Origin: Candidatus Anderseniibacteriota bacterium
Lineage (GTDB): Bacteria > Patescibacteriota > Andersenbacteria > UBA10190
Length of the DNA stretch: 64,000 nucleotides
Assembly (NCBI GenBank): GCA_035288905.1
Contig: DATDYZ010000001.1
Span: 19,172 to 83,171, forward strand
Direction of reading: 5' to 3'
In this document: one piece after another, positions 47,978 through 56,644 of the stretch
Layout: each line of letters begins with the position of its first letter
Position numbering within the stretch: the first letter of the stretch is position 1
The notes under the pieces: generated by a model
Seen by the model: the letters and a program-made list of their open reading frames with translations, nothing else
Told to the model about the DNA's origin: nothing
The model's database searches: none
Position numbers and translations under genes: made by a program

Positions 47978-48086
47978 TGTATTAATATACTGAGCAACTT
48001 TCTTGAGATGCCATGAACAATCTCAAGAGGCCAGGTGCATAACCGTAGAGGAAGAATAAGGCAGCCTACACCCTGTCACTGACCTC

Positions 48087-48130
48087 CTTTTATGTGTCGC
48101 CCGGCTTAGCTCAACGATTGAGTGATGCCG
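48087..48130 (+). terminator. Terminator-like stem-loop GCCCGGC...GCCGGG followed by TTTTTTCTTTTTTT
   Basis: Seen directly. Confidence 0.45.
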
Positions 48131-48266
48131 GGTTTTTTCTTTTTTTATTCTCCTATATACTTTCATATATGCAACAAGACCAAGAAATTCTACCTCCAGA
48201 ACAGGCCAGAGAGTGGCTGAATGAATTTCTGGTAGAGCAGCAAGAAGAAAGTAAGTAGTTTTTCCT

Positions 48267-48809
48267 ATGCCATTTGATTTTCAAAAAACAAAACTAGTAG
48301 GGGTAGTTCATATAACCCCCAAAATATTCCCAGATGAACGAGGTGAGTTTACGGAGCTCTATAAAGATTCTGCGTTTACTGAGGCGGGAATTGATGCCCA
48401 CTTCGTGCAAGTAAATCATTCTAAAAGTAAAAAGCATGTAATACGAGCGTTACACTACCAACTCCCGCCAAAAGCTCAAGGAAAATTAGTACAAGTAAGC
48501 CATGGAAGTGTATTTGATGTCGCAGTTGATATTCGAAAAGACTCAGTAACATATGGCAAATGGGTAGGAGTAACACTTACTGCGAGAGAAAAAAATATGC
48601 TGTATATTCCGCCCGGCTTTGCGCATGGATTTTGCACGCTAGAAGATGACACCGAGCTTGTGTATTTCTGCACGGACGAATATTCGAAAGAGCACGAGAG
48701 GGGAATTGTATGGAACGACCCTGCAATTGGAATTGAGTGGCCCGTACAAGATCCCATAATTTCCGACCGAGATGCCAATTTCCCGGTATTGGCGGACGCG
48801 GAACACTAG
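48267..48809 (+). CDS. rfbC: dTDP-4-dehydrorhamnose 3,5-epimerase
   Basis: RmlC cupin motifs: LHYQ, FDVAVDIRK.S.TYGKW, YIPPGFAHGF. Confidence 0.87.
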   Translation: MPFDFQKTKLVGVVHITPKIFPDERGEFTELYKDSAFTEAGIDAHFVQVNHSKSKKHVIRALHYQLPPKAQGKLVQVSHGSVFDVAVDIRKDSVTYGKWVGVTLTAREKNMLYIPPGFAHGFCTLEDDTELVYFCTDEYSKEHERGIVWNDPAIGIEWPVQDPIISDRDANFPVLADAEH

Positions 48810-48817
48810 GATTCTAC

Positions 48818-48846
48818 TTGACAAAGTAACACTATGACAGTAATAT
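48818..48846 (+). promoter_or_regulatory. Sigma70-like promoter TTGACA-17-TAATAT
   Basis: Seen directly. Confidence 0.5.
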
Positions 48847-48965
48847 GTCCGTAGTGTTCTTTACAATTTAGTGTTGTGAAGACCCATGGCACCGGGAAGG
48901 GCCAATTTCGAATGAAGGTCCCCGCAATTTTCATCCATTGAATTTACGATGAAAGGTATTGAACG

Positions 48966-49253
48966 ATGAACAAGAAACAAACTGAAAAAGGAGAGTTTGT
49001 TCAGGATCAGTCAGGTCTTTGGCACTACACTCCCACGGATCATGTATCGGCATACATCACACGTTGGATTGTAGACGCCCTCGCTAATATGCCCGATGGA
49101 CCAGCATGGTTTTGGTTTAATAATCTGCCAGCTCCAATTGTTCCAAACGATACCCCAGAAACACTGGAGAGGCGTTGGTATAAGGTCAATAATCCGTATA
49201 AAGATCAAGTACCATTTTTGAAAAGCCTCTTGGAGTTTATAAGTGAGGCATGA
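48966..49253 (+). CDS. Hypothetical small protein
   Basis: ORF of 95 aa with its own promoter and a leader of about 110 nt. I recognise no family. Confidence 0.4.
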   Translation: MNKKQTEKGEFVQDQSGLWHYTPTDHVSAYITRWIVDALANMPDGPAWFWFNNLPAPIVPNDTPETLERRWYKVNNPYKDQVPFLKSLLEFISEA

Positions 49254-49283
49254 CAATATGTATGCTACGGTCAGAAACACGCA

Positions 49284-49320
49284 GCCCCTCGACGCAATCG
49301 CGACGAGGGGTTTTTATTTT
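49284..49320 (+). terminator. Rho-independent terminator (CCCCTCG...CGAGGGG followed by a T-run)
   Basis: Seen directly. Confidence 0.55.
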
Positions 49321-49335
49321 TCTGACCCGACGCTC

Positions 49336-49365
49336 TTGACAGATAGTATTCTTACACTGTATATT
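49336..49365 (+). promoter_or_regulatory. Sigma70-like promoter TTGACA-18-TATATT
   Basis: Seen directly. Confidence 0.5.
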
Positions 49366-49437
49366 GCGCATCAGGAAAAGGACAGCATCGTAGCTATTCT
49401 TTTTTGTTTCGTTGACAACTTGTGCGAGGTCTCAAAG

Positions 49438-50253
49438 ATGTCAAATATTCAATATGATTTTACTGGCAAGGTAGCAATCGTAACCGGCGGAGCGTCTGGT
49501 ATTGGCAAGGCTACAGTGAAGATGTTTGCCGAAGCCGGCGCGAATGTTGTGCTGGTGGATGTTAATAAGGGTCGTGGTGAAACAGTAGCGGAGGAGCTCG
49601 GTGAGAGAGTTTGTTTTGTCTTTGCAGACGTAGCAAGAACCCGGCATGCCGAAGAGGTGGCGCAAAGGGCGATGCTTGCCTTCGGGAAGATTGATATTCT
49701 CGTGAACAATGCGGGTATCGAGTACAACGACCGAGGAAATCTTGTCACGATGCCACACGATGACATGATGCGCATTATCCAAGTGAACCTCTTCGGATAT
49801 ATCCATATGGTTCGCGCGTGCCTGCCTCATATGAATTTCGGCGGGCGTGTGGTGAACGTGAGTTCCCTGCAAGGTCTTGCAGCGGCTCTTCCAGGTACAA
49901 GTTATCAGTCTACCAAGGCAGCTATTCTTGGGATGACGAGGGCTCTGGCTATCGAATATGCGCTTGAGGGGATAACCTTCAACAGTGTTTGTCCTGGTGC
50001 TATATGTACTGAAGGAATGGGTGCGGCGCGGGCAGGAGGATCGGCATCGCTTGACCCAACTCGCAGGCGTATTCCTATGGGGCGCAGAGGGTGGCCACAT
50101 GAGGTTGCTGCGTTGATCGCCTTCTTGGCTTCAGATGCAGCTAGTTATATGACCGGTGGCGATTATGTCGTGGACGGTGGGTTGCTTATAAGCCTCAGTG
50201 CAGACGACCCGTCCAAGCCAACGCCAAATGTTTCAAACGATCCGGATCGGTAA
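49438..50253 (+). CDS. Short-chain dehydrogenase/reductase (SDR)
   Basis: TGGASGIGKA, NNAGI and S...Y...K catalytic residues. Trimmed from track ORF 49243. GC is visibly higher than in neighbouring genes. Confidence 0.85.
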   Translation: MSNIQYDFTGKVAIVTGGASGIGKATVKMFAEAGANVVLVDVNKGRGETVAEELGERVCFVFADVARTRHAEEVAQRAMLAFGKIDILVNNAGIEYNDRGNLVTMPHDDMMRIIQVNLFGYIHMVRACLPHMNFGGRVVNVSSLQGLAAALPGTSYQSTKAAILGMTRALAIEYALEGITFNSVCPGAICTEGMGAARAGGSASLDPTRRRIPMGRRGWPHEVAALIAFLASDAASYMTGGDYVVDGGLLISLSADDPSKPTPNVSNDPDR

Positions 50254-50321
50254 GCACAGTAACAAGGTGCTCTCAAAGGGCTCATTGCGGAATTCAATTC
50301 TGCGTGGGCCCTCTTTTTTAT

Positions 50322-50351
50322 TTGACAAAGTTGGCTGTATATGTATATAAT
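50322..50351 (+). promoter_or_regulatory. Sigma70 consensus promoter TTGACA-18-TATAAT, followed by a structured leader of about 128 nt
   Basis: Seen directly. Confidence 0.55.
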
Positions 50352-50479
50352 GCGAAATCGTTTGAGACCAGTGTTTTGCCTTATATATGGTGTTTTATAG
50401 GCAAAACAGTGTTCTCAAGGTGAGACCACTATGTCCCGAAACGGACATGAACGGATCTTTGACAAACAGGATAACGTAC

Positions 50480-51385
50480 ATGAAGCTCAGAAATACGGAA
50501 TTTGCGGATGTGATAGCCAGGTTTATATCAGTCCGAACAGGACTATTGGAGGACTGGGAAAAGTTCGCTGGAATCCAGGGATCAAAACAGCAGCGCGAAG
50601 GCGCAAGCACTGTATTGAAAGCAGACCTGTGGGCCGAGCAGCGGTTGGTTCCCGTTCTTCGTTACTTGTGGCCAGGTGTGCCTTTTCTCTGCGAAGAGGC
50701 AGGAAATTCCGGTCTCGCAACGCTCGTCCCAGGCATTGAACTGCTTTCGTGGGATGATGATGTCACCAACCTGCCCGACAATTTCGTCAGTGTTGATGGA
50801 GTTGACGGATCGGCACTCTATGCCAATCAGTGCTTTGAGCTCGTTGCGATGATGGCCGGTCTTGTTAAGGACGGTCGTCCAAGCGCTGGTATTGTCACGA
50901 TGCTTGATGATGGAGCAATGTATCACACTGGTGTCAACGGGCAGCCAGGTGTATTTAAGGGAGATAAGCCCCATGAAGAATGGCTTGTCCCGGTACGTCC
51001 GCTCAACAAGTGCTTGATCTGCGTCGATGACTGTGGAAGTGTGGATGAGGACTTCCGCAAACTCGTGACAAACATGTTGACGGGAACGAAAGATTTTGCG
51101 TATCCGATGAATACCCCGTCGGGCGCCGGCCCAATCAATGTGCTCAGAGGAAGAGCAGCTGCCTATGTCTCGAGTAACGCTCGAAACTGGGACCAGGTTG
51201 CAACTGCAGCTCTTTTGGGGGCGGCTGGCATGATTGTTCGGTGTTTGGACGGATCTGAAGTACCCTGGAAGCAGACTCGAATGCCGGCAGTGGTATTCGC
51301 TCGGGACGAGGAAACTTTCTGCTATATTCAGAAGCAGGCCAAGGAGTACCTCGAACTGCAGAAAAAGAAGCAGTCTGCCGCGTAA
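50480..51385 (+). CDS. Inositol monophosphatase-family phosphatase (IMPase/CysQ/FBPase superfamily), higher-GC paralog
   Basis: LCEEAG, SVDGVDGS (DPIDGT-like) and NWDQVATAALLGAAG (the WD.AAG motif). Start chosen by alignment with the paralog at 53159. Confidence 0.72.
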   Translation: MKLRNTEFADVIARFISVRTGLLEDWEKFAGIQGSKQQREGASTVLKADLWAEQRLVPVLRYLWPGVPFLCEEAGNSGLATLVPGIELLSWDDDVTNLPDNFVSVDGVDGSALYANQCFELVAMMAGLVKDGRPSAGIVTMLDDGAMYHTGVNGQPGVFKGDKPHEEWLVPVRPLNKCLICVDDCGSVDEDFRKLVTNMLTGTKDFAYPMNTPSGAGPINVLRGRAAAYVSSNARNWDQVATAALLGAAGMIVRCLDGSEVPWKQTRMPAVVFARDEETFCYIQKQAKEYLELQKKKQSAA

Positions 51386-51412
51386 GTAAAAGCGCTTTAT
51401 GCGCCAACAACA

Positions 51413-51447
51413 AGCCGATTAGATTCACCTCTAATCGGCTTTTTTCT
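51413..51447 (+). terminator. Rho-independent terminator AGCCGATTAG...CTAATCGGCT followed by TTTTTT
   Basis: Seen directly. Confidence 0.6.
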
Positions 51448-51453
51448 TGCCCT

Positions 51454-51483
51454 TGACAAGTATAGTGTTTTAGATATACAATG
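51454..51483 (+). promoter_or_regulatory. Sigma70-like promoter TTGACA-16/18-TATACAAT, followed by a structured leader of about 125 nt
   Basis: Seen directly. Confidence 0.5.
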
Positions 51484-51610
51484 CATAGTTCTTTTAAGGG
51501 TCATGAGGGTGGCGTTTTGTCTCGTATTTCGGGCTAAAACGGTGCTCTCACGGTGAGAATACCAGATTTCAGAAATATGATCGTTCGTTACAAATTGATG
51601 GAGTACAGTT

Positions 51611-52309
51611 ATGCGCAAGGTGATTTCTTTGAGTGACATGAATGTTTTGGGAAAAGGCGGTTGGCTCAGCCTTTACAAGCTGAGTCCAGAACAGACGGGA
51701 TTGAAGTTCAATTCTGAAATCGCCGCGAGAAATAACCAGAAGTATGGCGCAGCAAAATGTCTGCGCCTGGTTACAAACCAGTCGCTAGAGAGGCGGGAAG
51801 ATACGGATATTCAGAGCCTCTGTGCAACGCTTCGGGAAATTGGATTGGCAAACATCGCGGTTCAATTCTTGGCTGCGATCCGACCATTCACATTTTTTGA
51901 CGGACCGGGGTTGGAGCGGCTGGAGGTGAACTACCAAATCGAGTTGCCCGGTGGAATCATTGAACCCGATGAAGACGCTCGGCTGGGTGCTTTGCGGGAA
52001 GCCATGGAAGAAGGCGGAAAAGCGAAGACCATTCAGTGTGCGTCTCTTATGGTGTATAGCTCTCCGTTTGATGCGGGAAGCCATGTTGAGATGTACTCCA
52101 TTGAAACAGCGCTTGTGTATGCGGAAACACTTGCGCCACCGGCTCGAGAAGGTGTCATTCCCGAAAAGTGCGCGCTCGTTCCTTTGCTTGAAGTGCAGCA
52201 ATGGCTTCTTGGAAAAGAATGTCAGGGTATCCCGATTGAGGGATACGCCAAGACTGCGCTTGCTTTGCTCGGACTGGAACTCCACGGAGGATGGAGAGCT
52301 TTGAGCTAA
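51611..52309 (+). CDS. Nudix hydrolase
   Basis: The Nudix box GIIEPDEDARLGALREAMEEGG matches Gx5Ex7REUxEExGU. Confidence 0.78.
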   Translation: MRKVISLSDMNVLGKGGWLSLYKLSPEQTGLKFNSEIAARNNQKYGAAKCLRLVTNQSLERREDTDIQSLCATLREIGLANIAVQFLAAIRPFTFFDGPGLERLEVNYQIELPGGIIEPDEDARLGALREAMEEGGKAKTIQCASLMVYSSPFDAGSHVEMYSIETALVYAETLAPPAREGVIPEKCALVPLLEVQQWLLGKECQGIPIEGYAKTALALLGLELHGGWRALS

Positions 52310-52343
52310 CGAGACATTCTCGTTCGTTCACATCTTTCACAAT

Positions 52344-52377
52344 AGGCGACAGATTCAAACCCTGTCGCCTTTTTTTA
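52344..52377 (+). terminator. Rho-independent terminator AGGCGACAG...CTGTCGCCT followed by TTTTTTT
   Basis: Seen directly. Confidence 0.6.
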
Positions 52378-52407
52378 TTGACAAAATAGATGACATCTTG
52401 TTAATAT
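52378..52407 (+). promoter_or_regulatory. Sigma70-like promoter TTGACA-17-TTAATA, abutting the terminator
   Basis: Seen directly. Confidence 0.5.
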
Positions 52408-52454
52408 GCTAAGTTGGTCTTTGCCAATTTACGTTACTTGATTTAGGGCTCTTT

Positions 52455-53063
52455 TTGAGAGAAAATGAAAGCATGATTACAAAACTCATGGTGTTAGACC
52501 GCGACGGATTGCTCAACGTAGACGTTGGGTATACCTACAAAGTGGAAGATTTGAAACTTGCCCCAGGCGTTATTGAAGGCCTTACGCTTCTCAAGAGTCT
52601 TGGGTTTCGGTTTGCCATTGCAACCGGCCAGTCTGGAATTGGGAAGGGTAAGTACACCGAAGCAGACATGGACGCGTTCAATATCGCATTGCTTGCCGAG
52701 CTTGCAAAAAGCGACATTCAGGTCGACGCCGTTGCATTTTGCCCACACGACAAGGGCGAAGGGTGCAAGTGCAGGAAGCCGGGAGTTGGTATGCTTGAGC
52801 AAATTGAAGCAAAGCTTGGTCCGATCGACTGGTCAAAAGCATGGGGAAGTGGCGACAAGCCTGCAGACTCAAAGATGATTCTCGCGATGGGAGGTTCTGC
52901 GGTTCTGGTAGAAAGCGGACCACACAATAACTCGGCTGGGAAAGCGTACTGGGATGAAGAACCAGAACTTCTGAAAGAAGTCATGGGAAACCCAAGAAAC
53001 TTCGTGGCGCACGATCTTGGCGCAGCTGCGTTGGTTATTCAACAGCAGTTGGCAGCATCGTAA
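52455..53063 (+). CDS. HAD-IIIA phosphatase, GmhB-like (D,D-heptose 1,7-bisphosphate phosphatase family), second copy
   Basis: VLDRDGLLN and the zinc motif CPHDKGEGCKCRKP. Confidence 0.78.
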   Translation: MRENESMITKLMVLDRDGLLNVDVGYTYKVEDLKLAPGVIEGLTLLKSLGFRFAIATGQSGIGKGKYTEADMDAFNIALLAELAKSDIQVDAVAFCPHDKGEGCKCRKPGVGMLEQIEAKLGPIDWSKAWGSGDKPADSKMILAMGGSAVLVESGPHNNSAGKAYWDEEPELLKEVMGNPRNFVAHDLGAAALVIQQQLAAS

Positions 53064-53086
53064 TTCCAACACCAGTTGTTGGAAAA
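53061..53086. repeat. Degenerate REP-D-like palindrome TTCCAACACCAGTTGTTGGAA
   Basis: Hairpin. Confidence 0.55.
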
Positions 53087-53158
53087 TGAAGAACAGTACG
53101 ACCGTTTGGGATTTCCCAGGCGGTCGATTTTATATTTAAATGACTATATACTAAACGT

Positions 53159-54028
53159 ATGGAATTACAGAAAATAACAACATTATTTCAGACAACGGGA
53201 CAATTATTAATTGACGATTGGGGAAGACTTACAGGTATAGTTAGTGAAAAAGAAATACTTGAAGGATCAAGTTCCGTTTTACATGCAGATTGGATTGCAG
53301 AAAAGGCATATGTGCCTCTTGCAACAAAGTTGTGGCCTAACGTGCCAGTTTTGTGCGAAGAAGCTGGAACATCCGGAGTCGCAGATTTAATTTCAGGAGT
53401 TTCTTTGCTTCCACATGAAGATAATGTTATTGATTTGCCGTCAGACTTCATTAGTGCAGATGGAGTGGACGGTTCGGCGCTGTATGCAAATGGTATGTTT
53501 ACGTTAGTTTCTATGATGGCAGGGCTTATAAAAGACGGAAAACCTCACGCTGGGGTACTGATGGTGCTTGGTGAGAAGAAGCTGTATCACACAGGGATTG
53601 ATGGAAAGCCAGGTGTGTTTTATGGAGATCTCTCATATAATGAGTGGCGTTTGCCTGCTCGTCCTCTGAAACAGTCTTTGATAGGAACGGACGACAATAA
53701 GTCTGTTGATGCCAATTTTCGCAATCTTGTGATTAATAAATTAATGGGCAGTTCTGGTTTTAGATATCCTCTCAATATGCCCTCAGGCGCAGGGGCTCTC
53801 GCAGTTTTAAAGGGTAATCTTGCGGTATACGTAACGAGTAATGCGCGAAACTGGGACTTGGCTACCACGTCAGCACTTTGCATGGCTGCTGGTCAGGTTG
53901 TTCGTTGTTTGGACGGTTCCGAAGTGCCCTGGAATGTAGTGCGAATGCCGCCTGTCGTATTTGCTCGCGACGAAGAAACATTTTTATACGTGCACACATT
54001 AGCAAAAAACTGGCTTAACACTGTATAA
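53159..54028 (+). CDS. Inositol monophosphatase-family phosphatase, native-GC paralog of 50480..51385
   Basis: About half the residues are identical to the upstream paralog, with the same motifs (LCEEAG, SADGVDGS, NWDLATTSALCMAAG). Confidence 0.72.
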   Translation: MELQKITTLFQTTGQLLIDDWGRLTGIVSEKEILEGSSSVLHADWIAEKAYVPLATKLWPNVPVLCEEAGTSGVADLISGVSLLPHEDNVIDLPSDFISADGVDGSALYANGMFTLVSMMAGLIKDGKPHAGVLMVLGEKKLYHTGIDGKPGVFYGDLSYNEWRLPARPLKQSLIGTDDNKSVDANFRNLVINKLMGSSGFRYPLNMPSGAGALAVLKGNLAVYVTSNARNWDLATTSALCMAAGQVVRCLDGSEVPWNVVRMPPVVFARDEETFLYVHTLAKNWLNTV

Positions 54029-54048
54029 GGTCCTAGAATAGATGGTAC

Positions 54049-54077
54049 TTGACAATAGTACAATATAGGTATATAAT
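54049..54077 (+). promoter_or_regulatory. Sigma70 consensus promoter TTGACA-17-TATAAT
   Basis: Seen directly. Confidence 0.55.
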
Positions 54078-54137
54078 GAACCAAGTGCTGATTTTTGGCT
54101 GTTTTTTGGCAATTTCCCTCTGAAGGAGGAAAGAGTA

Positions 54138-54770
54138 ATGACAAATCGAATTACCGATCATGTGTTTGACGCTCGAAGGGTGATGAAGTGCGTACCTGGA
54201 CTTGTCCGAACGCAATACACCGAAGCTGATGTTTGTAAGCTGCTTTCAGACGAAACGCTTGCGAGGTTGCTTCCGTCGGTTCGACAGCAGCCGGAAGTGT
54301 TGCCGCCTATTCATGTGATTCGATGCGGTAAGGAGCCAGCGATGCCTGGGGGCATCATAATTGGGGCTTCGTGGAAGATTGAACAACACCTACATTGTGA
54401 GGATTTGACATGGAGCGCTGACTCTGTGCGATTGGAAGAATTTCCTGAAAAAAAGATGATCAGGGATGATCGTCCTTGGGTTTTTCTACCATTGCCTAAA
54501 AAACCATTTGCGAACGCCAATGTTGCAAATTACCTTTTACGGCACACTCACCTGATTCCGGATTCATGGAAGATGAAAAATGACGGTGAACCTGTGGAGA
54601 TTCTGTTTCTCGGAACTCTTTTTGGGAAACATTCGGCAGCTCAACATGATGAGATGTCTACTACCTTCCACGTTCAGACGTTGTACTTTTCGCGTCGAAA
54701 GTGGAGAAGGGGGTTGATGAATTTGACTTCCTGGCGATGCGGGGCAAGTCGCGTTGCCGTCCTCACATAA
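54138..54770 (+). CDS. Hypothetical protein (210 aa) preceded by a strong GGAGGA ribosome-binding site
   Basis: ORF with a Shine-Dalgarno sequence. I recognise no family. Confidence 0.5.
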   Translation: MTNRITDHVFDARRVMKCVPGLVRTQYTEADVCKLLSDETLARLLPSVRQQPEVLPPIHVIRCGKEPAMPGGIIIGASWKIEQHLHCEDLTWSADSVRLEEFPEKKMIRDDRPWVFLPLPKKPFANANVANYLLRHTHLIPDSWKMKNDGEPVEILFLGTLFGKHSAAQHDEMSTTFHVQTLYFSRRKWRRGLMNLTSWRCGASRVAVLT

Positions 54771-54799
54771 CGTCTTCGTGCAAACAAACGCCGATCGTG

Positions 54800-54846
54800 A
54801 TTGAATTATTCAATCAGGGTCGGCTTTTTTCTTTTTGTTTTGCTTT
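54800..54846 (+). terminator. Rho-independent terminator (GCCGATCGTGATTGAAT...ATTCAATCAGGGTCGGC followed by TTTTTT)
   Basis: Seen directly. Confidence 0.55.
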
Positions 54847-54932
54847 TGCAAAATAACCCCGCACTGCGCCCCGCGAAGCTTTAGCGTAGTGGGGTGTTCC
54901 CTTTTGAGTCCGAACACCTATATAATCAATAT

Positions 54933-55757
54933 ATGAACCTCGTAATTGTCGGCGCGAAGGGAATGTTGGGAAGTATGCTTTCTACCGTATTTTCGGAATA
55001 TAAGCCGTTGCTTGTTGATAGGGATGAAATAGATATTACTAATATAGATAGTGTGCGCAGTGTGCTTCGAGAAGCAAATGCTACGCTTATTATAAACGCA
55101 GCAGCATATACAAATGTTGACGATGCAGAAACTCATACAGAAGATGCTTTTTTGGTAAATGAAACCGGGGTAAAAAATCTTGCGGAAGTTGCAAAAGAAC
55201 TTTCTGCAACGCTCGTTCACTTTAGTACGGATTACGTGTTCCCTGGTACAAATTCGGATGGCTACTTGGAAACAGATTCTCCAGGCCCTGCAGTAAATCA
55301 ATATGGCAATTCTAAACTTGCGGGCGAACGTGCACTGAAAGAAAGTGGATGTAATTTTTATTTAATTCGTACGGCGTGGTTGTACGGGTCAAATGGCAAA
55401 AACTTTGTTGATACTATGTTGAAACTAGCCGAAACAAAGAAAAACTTACAAGTGGTTGAAGATCAAGTTGGATGCCCGACGTATACGAAAGACGTTGCAA
55501 TGTATGTGAAAGTGTTACTTGATGAAAAATATCCGTTTGGAATTTACCATGCCGTAAATAGCGGGAAGGCGTCGTGGTTTGCATTTGCACAAAAGATTTT
55601 TGAATACAAAGATAACTTGCCCGTGGTAGTGAAGCCAGTTTCTTCGTCGCAGTTTCCTCGCCCTGCAAAACGCCCGGCGTATAGTATTTTGAAAAACACC
55701 AAAGGGCCAGGTATAAGAGCGTGGCAAGAAGCACTACGAGAATACTTGACGAAATAA
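54933..55757 (+). CDS. rfbD: dTDP-4-dehydrorhamnose reductase
   Basis: RmlD-like: N-terminal GAKGMLG Rossmann motif and Y...K. Trimmed from track ORF 54894. Confidence 0.85.
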   Translation: MNLVIVGAKGMLGSMLSTVFSEYKPLLVDRDEIDITNIDSVRSVLREANATLIINAAAYTNVDDAETHTEDAFLVNETGVKNLAEVAKELSATLVHFSTDYVFPGTNSDGYLETDSPGPAVNQYGNSKLAGERALKESGCNFYLIRTAWLYGSNGKNFVDTMLKLAETKKNLQVVEDQVGCPTYTKDVAMYVKVLLDEKYPFGIYHAVNSGKASWFAFAQKIFEYKDNLPVVVKPVSSSQFPRPAKRPAYSILKNTKGPGIRAWQEALREYLTK

Positions 55758-55840
55758 CGTAGTTATACTAGTGTAGCAACTAGAAATTTGTTCGTTGTCA
55801 TTTTGAAGTTTCCGTAAAAAAATAGAGAGGGAAAAAAGTC

Positions 55841-56542
55841 ATGAGCCGAAAAATTAGGGGCATCGTGTTTGATTTGGAAGGAACAATCGTTTCAGTGGAA
55901 GAGTGCCATACGGGCGGGTTCTCAGCTGCTGCGCTTTCGTATGGCATTGAGATTACTCCCCAGGAACTTCTCGAAATACCAGGGTACGTCGGCGCGGGCG
56001 ACAAGAGGGCCATTGATATGATCCTCGAGAAATTCCGCCGAGCAGACGTTGACGCTGAGGAGTTTCGCATTCGAAAGATGGAGCGCTACAACGAGCTGCT
56101 GAACGTGGCAGACATTGCATTGCGACCAGGGTTCGCCGACTTCTGTTGCCAAGCGAGCAGGCATTGGCTTCAAATTGCTATTGCGTCATTGACCCCAAGA
56201 GTTCAGGCTAACCCTTTGATTAAGAGGATTGGGCTTGAGCAACTTGTTCCAATCGAAAGGATTGTCCTTCGTGAGGACGTCACAAATGTGAAGCCAAATC
56301 CGGAAGTATTTTTGGAGGCAGCAGCACGGATCAACGTTCATCCGCGGAGCGTACTTGTGTTCGGGGATTCGGTGCATGACATGACGGCAGCAGTTGCGGC
56401 CGGTTCCGTTCCTATCGGAATGCCGTGCAATTTCAGAGATCCATTCATCGGAGACTTACTGAAAGCCGGCGCCGTAGATGTTTTTAAAGATTGGCGAAGC
56501 ATCAGATTAGAGGGATTGCTCAAAATTGTTCAGGGTTTGTAA
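55841..56542 (+). CDS. HAD-IA family hydrolase (beta-phosphoglucomutase/phosphatase-like)
   Basis: Motif I VFDLEGTIV and motif IV FGDSVHDMTAA. Higher GC. Confidence 0.75.
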   Translation: MSRKIRGIVFDLEGTIVSVEECHTGGFSAAALSYGIEITPQELLEIPGYVGAGDKRAIDMILEKFRRADVDAEEFRIRKMERYNELLNVADIALRPGFADFCCQASRHWLQIAIASLTPRVQANPLIKRIGLEQLVPIERIVLREDVTNVKPNPEVFLEAAARINVHPRSVLVFGDSVHDMTAAVAAGSVPIGMPCNFRDPFIGDLLKAGAVDVFKDWRSIRLEGLLKIVQGL

Positions 56543-56568
56543 CAGCATTGCTGCAACTAACTCTCCTA

Positions 56569-56602
56569 AAGCCCCAACGTACATACGTTGTGGGCTTTTT
56601 TA
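56569..56602 (+). terminator. Rho-independent terminator AAGCCCCAACGT...ACGTTGTGGGCTT followed by TTTTT
   Basis: Seen directly. Confidence 0.55.
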
Positions 56603-56644
56603 TTGATCTTGCGAGGTATGAAAAAAGGCGGTACCGTTATTGAC

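Noticed and set aside
47983-48086. Possible small ncRNA between the lepA repeat and the terminator
   Set aside because: I could match it to no conserved RNA motif (SRP, 6S, tmRNA). It is too weak to call without covariance-model evidence.
48087-48130. tRNA-like fragment (GGCTTAGCTCAACG resembles a D-arm)
   Set aside because: Only about 40 nt fold, there is no T-arm (GTTCRA) or acceptor pairing, and it is followed by a T-run. It is better explained as a terminator hairpin after lepA.
50431-50739. 102-aa ORF in the leader/5' region of the IMPase gene
   Set aside because: It overlaps the conserved IMPase reading frame and the structured leader. The IMPase frame has paralog support.
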